Shown: positions 57,626-64,000 of the stretch, piece by piece
How positions within the stretch are numbered: position 1 is the first letter of the stretch
Layout: every line of letters starts with the position of its first letter
Origin: Naegleria gruberi
Taxonomy: Eukaryota
Length of the DNA: 64,000 nt
NCBI GenBank assembly: GCA_000004985.1
Contig: GG738917.1
Strand: one strand, 5' to 3'
The notes under the pieces: model-generated
Told to the model about the DNA's origin: nothing
Database searches by the model: none
What the model saw: only the letters and a program-made list of their open reading frames with translations
Translations under genes and position numbers: made by a program

Positions 57626-58597
57626 TTACAAGGATGGTTTGATGATTGGCTTTGATGGCTTCTTGCATGTCTTTCTCTTGATACAAATCTTCTTCTTAAT
57701 TGACTTGCAACACTTCTTCTTTCCACCAACTAATTTGAATTTCTTACAAATCTTCTTTCCCTTTGAACGTTTCAAACACTTCTTATAATACTTCTTCTTG
57801 ATACATCTTGGAGGAATGACAATTGACTTGGCACAATACTTCTTCTTATTATATTTAACACATTTAGAAAGAGTCTTCTTGTGCTTACAGAACTTGATGG
57901 TCTTATGTTTGGCACAGAAGTATTTCTTCTTAATGAGACAACATTTCTTGACTGATTTTCTCTCCTTACAGTATTTAACCTTCTTATACTTGGCACATTT
58001 CTTTGCCCATGAAACAATCTTACACTTTTTAACATATCTACATTTGGCAACCTTCTTATTGTAGGAATCAACAGTGTACTTGTCACAAATCTTCTTCTTT
58101 TCACACTTCTTGATTGGAACCTTCTTGAATTTCTTACAGACCTTCTTATATCCATTCTTGAAACACTTGTTGATAATCTTATATTTGGCACAGAATTTCT
58201 TGAAACCCTTCTTAACACAAATCTTCTTAGTTCCATAAGAATCACAAACTTTCCAGTACTTCTTCTTGGCACAACCAACAATCTTATATGCATGCAAGAC
58301 ACACTTCTTTGTTGGCTTGCTATACTTGTCACATTTGGAATATTTCTTATGTTTGAGACATTTACCAGCCCCTACAATTGCATATTGATCACAGACCTTC
58401 TTTTGACCAACAAGTTTGTGTTTCAAACACTTCTTAATCCACTTGTGCTTTAAGCATTTTCTCTTACAATGCTTTGGCTTGTGATACTTGTCAACAACAA
58501 CAACTGGAGGTTTAGTTTGATAGCTGTCACTTGCTTGAACTGAGAGGACTGCAAGTAAAAGTAGAAGTGCAATTGAAAAGATTAGATTTGCTTTCAT
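57626..58597 (-). CDS. secreted Cys/Lys-rich repetitive protein (about 324 aa)
   Basis: Signal peptide MKANLIFSIALLLLLAVLSVQAS. The mature part is built of about 25 degenerate repeats of K-x-C-x-K-x-x-K/Y-K (e.g. KCLKHKWIKKCLKHKLVGQKKVCDQY). It has over 50 Cys, is very basic, and has no acidic stretches. Confidence 0.6.
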   Translation of the reverse strand: MKANLIFSIALLLLLAVLSVQASDSYQTKPPVVVVDKYHKPKHCKRKCLKHKWIKKCLKHKLVGQKKVCDQYAIVGAGKCLKHKKYSKCDKYSKPTKKCVLHAYKIVGCAKKKYWKVCDSYGTKKICVKKGFKKFCAKYKIINKCFKNGYKKVCKKFKKVPIKKCEKKKICDKYTVDSYNKKVAKCRYVKKCKIVSWAKKCAKYKKVKYCKERKSVKKCCLIKKKYFCAKHKTIKFCKHKKTLSKCVKYNKKKYCAKSIVIPPRCIKKKYYKKCLKRSKGKKICKKFKLVGGKKKCCKSIKKKICIKRKTCKKPSKPIIKPSL

Positions 58598-58914
58598 TTT
58601 TTGTTGGATAGGATAGTTCAACCATGGTGCTAATTTAAACCATTTCGAATAATTTTTCATTTGGAACAAGCTTTAAAAAGTTGGTTGTAAGGTTCCAAAT
58701 TTGGAAAGAAAATTGATTTCCCTAACCAAACCTTCAATGATTCAACTATCAACTCATCATTCCAAAAGTATTCTTATTATCAACAGATATGTTGAATGAT
58801 TTACAACCTGAACAATTTCAAGCACCTGTGAAAGACATTGCTAATGTACAAGATGGTTTTATTACAATATGACATATAAATATGTTAATGGTGTGTCTAC
58901 AATAATCAAATTGG

Positions 58915-61139
58915 TTAAACAATACTGTTCTTTAATTGAATGTCTCTAGAGAAGGAATACTTTTTGAATTCAGAAGTTTCTTTCAATCGTTCAAAAGTAT
59001 CATTAAGATTTAACATTAACTCAGTTGTTACAATATTTCTAATGAGGGACAATTTGACTGGTTGTTGATTTTCATAGATAGATACAAGTTCCTTCTTTGC
59101 TGGCGATGGAAGATTGACTTCATATTTTGAAAGAGATTGAAAGTAAGTTTCAAATAAATGTTTGAAAGTTTCCACTGTCACTAATACATCATCCTTCTCT
59201 TTCAGATTTTCTAATTCTTCATATAAGAGTGCATTTTCTAGTGAAAATTCCTTAGCGCAATACATTTTAAACAATTCCTTAAAAGTGTCATCTTTCATTA
59301 ATTCTTCCAATCTAGATTCTTGTTTAATATTATCTGAAACTGCGTTTCTCCTCTTTAAAATAAATCTTCTCCATTCCAATACAATTGCTGTTCCTCCCCC
59401 AAGACCGTATGTACATAAGCATGCGAGAGATGACAACACAGAGGTCACAACTTCCTCATAATCATACGTGAATTGAGAACAAATTGCAATCACAATGGTA
59501 ATTAACATGATACACAAGAAATAAATCAAATCAATTCTCAACCCAAATGGATCTTCAAAGGAAAGAAAATTCAACAGACCCTTATCCTTAATCTTTTTCC
59601 AGTTTAAGGCAATATCAATTAGAATTATCAAGGAACCAATATTGTTCCTAATAAAATTTGAACAGCATACATTATATTCAATTCGGCTTGTAAGGAGTAT
59701 TGTTTTTGATCAACTATATAAGGAATGCAAATAATCATCCAAATACAGGCATAGGTAAATCCACTCACAAATGAACCAATGATACCAAACCAACTGGATA
59801 CCAGAAACTTGTGAATCTTGATAGTAGTTTCGCTCTTTGCCTTTGAAAGAAATAGATAAAGATATCTGAGGTAGGAAAATCTTATTAGGGAAAATCCATA
59901 AATTCCAACAATGGCAGATAAAAAGCAAATACTCAATACATAATTGACAGATCGACATGAAAGGGTATATGATGTAAAGCTAATATTAAATACAATTATC
60001 AAAATAGGTAATGCATAAGGAGCTGTCAATCTTCTTTTCACAGATTTGGTTTTACAAACTGTCAACAAGGCCAAATAGAATAGAAAACCAATAATGACAG
60101 TAGCCCAAATAACAGACTCATACACAATCTCTGCGTTTCTATCAACTTCATTAGAACAAACATTGTACTCGTCACTGAATTTTTCATAACAATACATTTC
60201 ATTAATGGTCATGAATGAAGTTGACTGATTGTAATAATACTGAGATTGTAATTCATAATCTAAAACGTATTTTTCACTAGAAAATGGATAAAAGAGTGCA
60301 TTGTGTTTTCTAACTAGTGGAATGTCATTGAATTGATTCAGATAATAGGTAAGAAACTCCTTTTGATATCCTGAAATGTTACCGAAACCATTTTGATAAA
60401 ACATGTAACCAATATTTCTCTTGATTTCAAAATATTTCATTGTTGTATTGGTACCAATGAAATACTCATTCATTCTCTTGTAGAGCGAATCAAGATGATT
60501 TTCAATTATTGTTTAATTTAAATTAGTTTCATTATAATAAACTGAAACTGAAATAGGTACTTGAAATTCAGAAAGAAAAGAAAAGTCACTCCACTCATAC
60601 AATCCATTCCATTCCCTTTTCCTTGGAAGACTTTGTACGAAACTACGTAGAAAATCTTCACTGCTCATCACAAACACATCATACAAGTCAATTGGATTTC
60701 CAAAAATACAATCAATATATAAATAATTAAAAGTCTGTACACTTTCAGGAATAATCTTTGATTGGTTACCATTCTTATTGTACATTTCTAATTGACTTTT
60801 GAAAACTGTTTCTGTCAAGACCAAATCACTAACAAGTATTTCACTTTCGTCTTGATTATACACATTTTCAGCAGGAGAGTATGGATGAATAATCACAATT
60901 CGTTTACCATGCAAATCTAGTGGTGAGGATAATGACATCTTTGGTGAGAAGGAAAAGACTGTCAAGTAATTTAATGATGAAATAATGGACGGATGGAGAG
61001 ATTGTTTAATCATGGATTGTTTGATTTGAAGGAGAGAATGTTCTTGAAGTTGTGGGTGTTGTTGTGAGAAAGATCTATCTGTGTTAATGAGTGCTAGGAA
61101 TGAAAGGATCAATAGGAAATGAACAAGAGTTCGTGTCAT
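58915..61139 (-). CDS. 7-transmembrane receptor with N-terminal ectodomain and C-terminal RGS domain (7TM-RGS), at least 3 coding segments
   Basis: Segment 61139..60546: signal peptide MTRTLVHFLLILSFLALINT plus an ectodomain of about 200 aa. Segment 60473..59628: TM helices 1-5. Segment 59631..58915: TM 6-7 and an RGS domain (DTFKELFKMYCAKEFSLENALLYEELENLK ... FETYF). Segments 1 and 2 are joined by a GTACCT ... ACAAG intron. Segments 2 and 3 differ by +1 frame at about 59630, so the junction is unresolved. Confidence 0.65.
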
Positions 61140-61386
61140 TTTTTTTTGACTATTCAGGTGGAATTTACCCGTGATTGTTGATATTTGTTTCAATTAGTAG
61201 AGCTGCTGTTTGCCATCGTCTAATTAGAAATTTGAACTACTACCTTAACAACTGTTGTTACATAAATTCTATTATATAATACATATTCTATTACTATAAA
61301 TCAACATTAAAACATGAGAAAGGTTGCCAACACAAAGGTGCAATGGTTTAGTTACGAATTAAGGATACAATACTAGTGAATGAGAA

Positions 61387-61456
61387 GCGTCGATGGTTTA
61401 GTGGTAGAATACGGCGTTGCCATCGCCGTGACCCGGGTCAATTCCCGGTCGACGCA
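61387..61456 (+). tRNA. tRNA-Gly (GCC)
   Basis: Acceptor stem GCGTCGA/TCGACGC, anticodon stem-loop CGGCG-TTGCCAT-CGCCG, T-arm CCGGGTCAATTCCCGG, downstream T-run. Confidence 0.85.
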
Positions 61457-62009
61457 TTCAAAGATAACAATTTTTACTTTCTACATACAATATTATAATA
61501 TTGTATATAATATTGGACCAAAGCCTTAATATCATTTGTATCATTCATAAGCATTAGTTATTGCAATTCTTGATAAATATTCAATCCCTTTTTCTCCAAT
61601 ATTAATAAATTAGATCAAAGATTGGAAATTTCCTTTTATCCTTTCTTCTGACACATTTCTATTCAACGTTAAACATTCAGTTGTCGCAAATTTTGACAAA
61701 TAGATCGACTTCCTACATCTTGAACCTATGCTGAAATCAAGTTTAGTTTCGTTAAAGTTGAAGTTTTTATTTGAAATTAAATTAGCTCCTTCACTTCCCA
61801 ATTTTACATGTTTCATTTCATTTTGGAACTATATCTTAATAAATCAAAATTGAGATCAATCTTAAAAGGTTAATCTTTTCAGTTTCGAACACTTTGAAAG
61901 GTGTTTAACAGTTTCATCTCCTACCACTCCATTAATTCCCTCTATCAATGCTAAACCTGAAAGTAATTCATTTTTTCTTTTCTTCATGGAACTTTGATTG
62001 TTGTTGAAA

Positions 62010-62090
62010 ACGTTGTAAGGCGGTCTTGACCGAGTGGTTAAGGTGATTGACTAGAAATCAATTGGGGAGACCCGCACAGGTTCGAGTCCT
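62010..62090 (+). tRNA. tRNA-Ser (AGA), class II with long variable arm
   Basis: Acceptor stem GCGGTCT/AGATCGC, D-arm GAGTGGTTAAGG, anticodon stem-loop ATTGA-CTAGAAA-TCAAT, variable arm TGGGGAGACCCGCAC, T-arm CAGGTTCGAGTCCTG. Confidence 0.85.
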
Positions 62091-62174
62091 GTAGATCGCG
62101 ATTGTTTTTATTAAGGTATCACATGTTAAAGTGTGATATTATTTTGATTAATAAACATATTGTTATTGGGAAGA

Positions 62175-62247
62175 TCCCCCTTAGCTCAGTCGGTAGAGCG
62201 TCAGACTGTTAATCTGCAGGTCGGTGGTTCGAGCCCACCAGGGGGAG
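62175..62247 (+). tRNA. tRNA-Asn (GTT)
   Basis: Acceptor stem TCCCCCT/AGGGGGA, D-arm GCTCAGTCGGTAGAGC, anticodon loop CTGTTAA, T-arm GGTGGTTCGAGCCCACC. Confidence 0.85.
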
Positions 62248-63606
62248 ATTAAGTTTTGCTTTGACCTTTTGGTAAATTGAGAGGGTGTTTTACACTATGT
62301 TATTGTTAACTAATAATTCTGCCTAATAGAGGTTGTTTGCTAACTGTTTATTTCAATTGCAATATCTCTTCTTGCTGGCTTGAATTTGTTCAACATATTT
62401 AGGACTCCAGAAAAGGCAAACATTATTGAAATGAACGACTTCGATGAAAAGTGGAGTCTAAATTGTTTCCTAAAAACATGATTGGCTTTGAGTTGTTTAG
62501 GTTGACTAGTAATAAAATCATCATTTGGAACTTGTTGCGCATTTGCTTAATACCCAAGTGTAGGAGACTTGACATAAACCTCTAGAATCCTCAACCCATC
62601 TATACTTTCCTTTCTGTATTTAATTTTGTTTTTTCATCATTGTTGTTTTAATATGTTTACCAAATTCTTCTTGTTCCATAGCTTTCAGATTTTTTCGATT
62701 TATGATTCCCAGAGTGTTTTAACAAATCCTCTCTTTTCTGATTGAATAATGAATAGTTACCATGAATTTATTCAACCGAAACCTCCAGTCTCGATATCAG
62801 CATTAAAGTTGAAAATTTTAATGGTAGCAATGCTCCAAGCAAAAGCTTTCCGATCAATAAATCCATTTAGTAACAAGTAAAACCACTGGAAGATTCCTCC
62901 CAATTCATCTACCTACGCCTTCTCAAATTCTGAACCTTGTTCTTTAGAATTACTCCTCCAAAATATGAACCAACTACCAAGATCCATCATAAACTGATTC
63001 AAATATAATGAACATATCACATCATGTAGACTTTAAACGACATGCCATAGATACATCACCACAACAAAAACATGTTCTCCTCCAATAATTCCTTATCGTT
63101 CCAACAAGTGTGTTTAAATTCAAGAGCATTGAATTTAAAAAGTAATAACTATGGTCCACTCAGAATGTCTCTTGATGAGTATCCAATTTTCTTACATAGA
63201 GAAGGCAGAAACAATAACAATTAATTCCTCTATCACATCCGTAATAAACTTCATCATACAAACATGAAAGAGGATGTTCCAAGATAATCATACAGGGTAC
63301 TACAGAAAGAATGATGAAGATTTGTTTACCAAGTCACAGAAAGGAGGAAACAAGAAGAAGGAATACAAATGGAGGTTAAGAATACTTCCCTAAACTGTTC
63401 ATAACAGTAATTATTATTATACTATTCAACATGTTGTTTTAAATTAGTTAGCGATCAACCTATCGATGCTGGTAATGGCTAAAGAATACGATGAAGCATT
63501 TTTAATTTTTACTGTTCAAAAATTAGATTGTAAACAACGAGCACATAATGGTAAACCAAGTTTTAAAAATTTTGTTGAAAAAAAAATCCATTAATCCATA
63601 TTCACA

Positions 63607-64000
63607 ATGCCAAAGGAAACCGTTGACAGAAAACTCAAGAAGGACAATCCAATGAGAAAGGTCCAAATCCAAAAGCTTTGCTTGAATATTTCCCCTGGTG
63701 AAGGTGGTGATAGATTGCAAAAGGCTGCTAGAGTCTTGCAAGATTTGACTGGTCAAGCTCCAGTTTTCCACAAGGCCCGTTTGACTATCCGTTCTTTCGG
63801 TATTAGAAGAAACGAAAAGATTGCCTGTTCCGTCACTGTTAGAGGTGAAAAGGCCTACGAATTGTTGGAAAGAGCTTTGAGAGTTAAGGATTTCGAATTG
63901 AGACAACGTAACTTCTCTGATGCTGGTAACTTCGGTTTTGGTATCCAAGAACACATCGATCTTGGCTTGAAGTACGATCCTAACATTGGTATCTTCGGTA
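63607..64000 (+). CDS. RPL11: ribosomal protein uL5 (RPL11), 5' part, runs off the window end
   Basis: [131 protein letters not shown] is highly similar to eukaryotic RPL11. The codon usage is shifted to GC3-rich codons, as expected for a highly expressed gene. The ORF track only shows the antisense ORF 63523..63954. Confidence 0.9.
   Translation, partial: MPKETVDRKLKKDNPMRKVQIQKLCLNISPGEGGDRLQKAARVLQDLTGQAPVFHKARLTIRSFGIRRNEKIACSVTVRGEKAYELLERALRVKDFELRQRNFSDAGNFGFGIQEHIDLGLKYDPNIGIFG

Noticed and set aside
57772-58332. 186-aa minus-frame ORF and 88-aa + ORF inside the Cys/Lys-rich gene
   Set aside because: They are products of the short-period K/C repeat keeping alternative frames open. 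The frame with the signal peptide and the Cys periodicity is the real one.
63523-63954. 143-aa minus-strand ORF
   Set aside because: It is antisense to a clear RPL11 (uL5) coding sequence on the + strand, so it is a shadow ORF.
1-64000. CRISPR arrays, IS elements, operon structure
   Set aside because: None are present. The sequence is eukaryotic, with spliced genes, Pol III tRNA genes and monocistronic units. There are no direct-repeat/spacer arrays or transposase ORFs.

Overview
This 64-kb window is AT-rich (about 30% GC), gene-dense nuclear DNA from a eukaryote. The genes are compact, with short GT-AG introns of about 40-110 nt (GTAAGT/GTTAGT ... YAG) and poly-N/Q/S coding tracts. There are five Pol-III tRNA genes, each followed by a T-run; the tRNA-Tyr gene has an anticodon-loop intron. 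The gene style fits an amoebozoan/dictyostelid-like or early-diverging fungal genome, but I did not establish the lineage. Four 50-N runs are scaffold gaps. About 35 protein-coding genes are supported. Confidently recognised are: SMC3 cohesin ATPase, a PLC-delta-type phospholipase C, acylaminoacyl-peptidase (S9), an Arp-family actin-related protein, ribosomal protein uL5/RPL11 (partial at the window end), two paralogous cytochrome P450s, a D-isomer 2-hydroxyacid dehydrogenase, a PhzF-family protein, a DUF962/Mpo1-like protein, a DUF4112 protein, a PWWP protein and a vWA-domain protein. The more unusual genes are: a roughly 1,500-aa single-pass receptor kinase with a signal peptide, NHL beta-propeller, 4-5 EGF modules, TM helix and Ser/Thr-type kinase; a SAM-domain kinase with a long N-terminal extension; a kinesin-like protein whose P-loop and switch motifs are degenerate; a 7TM receptor fused to a C-terminal RGS domain, with an N-terminal ectodomain; a Cys/Lys-rich repetitive secreted protein; and a tandemly duplicated (partly collapsed in assembly) locus of a trypsin-like serine protease plus RNI-type LRR fragments. 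No prokaryotic-style elements (CRISPR, operons, IS) are present. No single unambiguous novel system was identified. The most unusual loci are the NHL-EGF kinase receptor with its adjacent amplified protease/LRR module, and the degenerate-motor kinesin.
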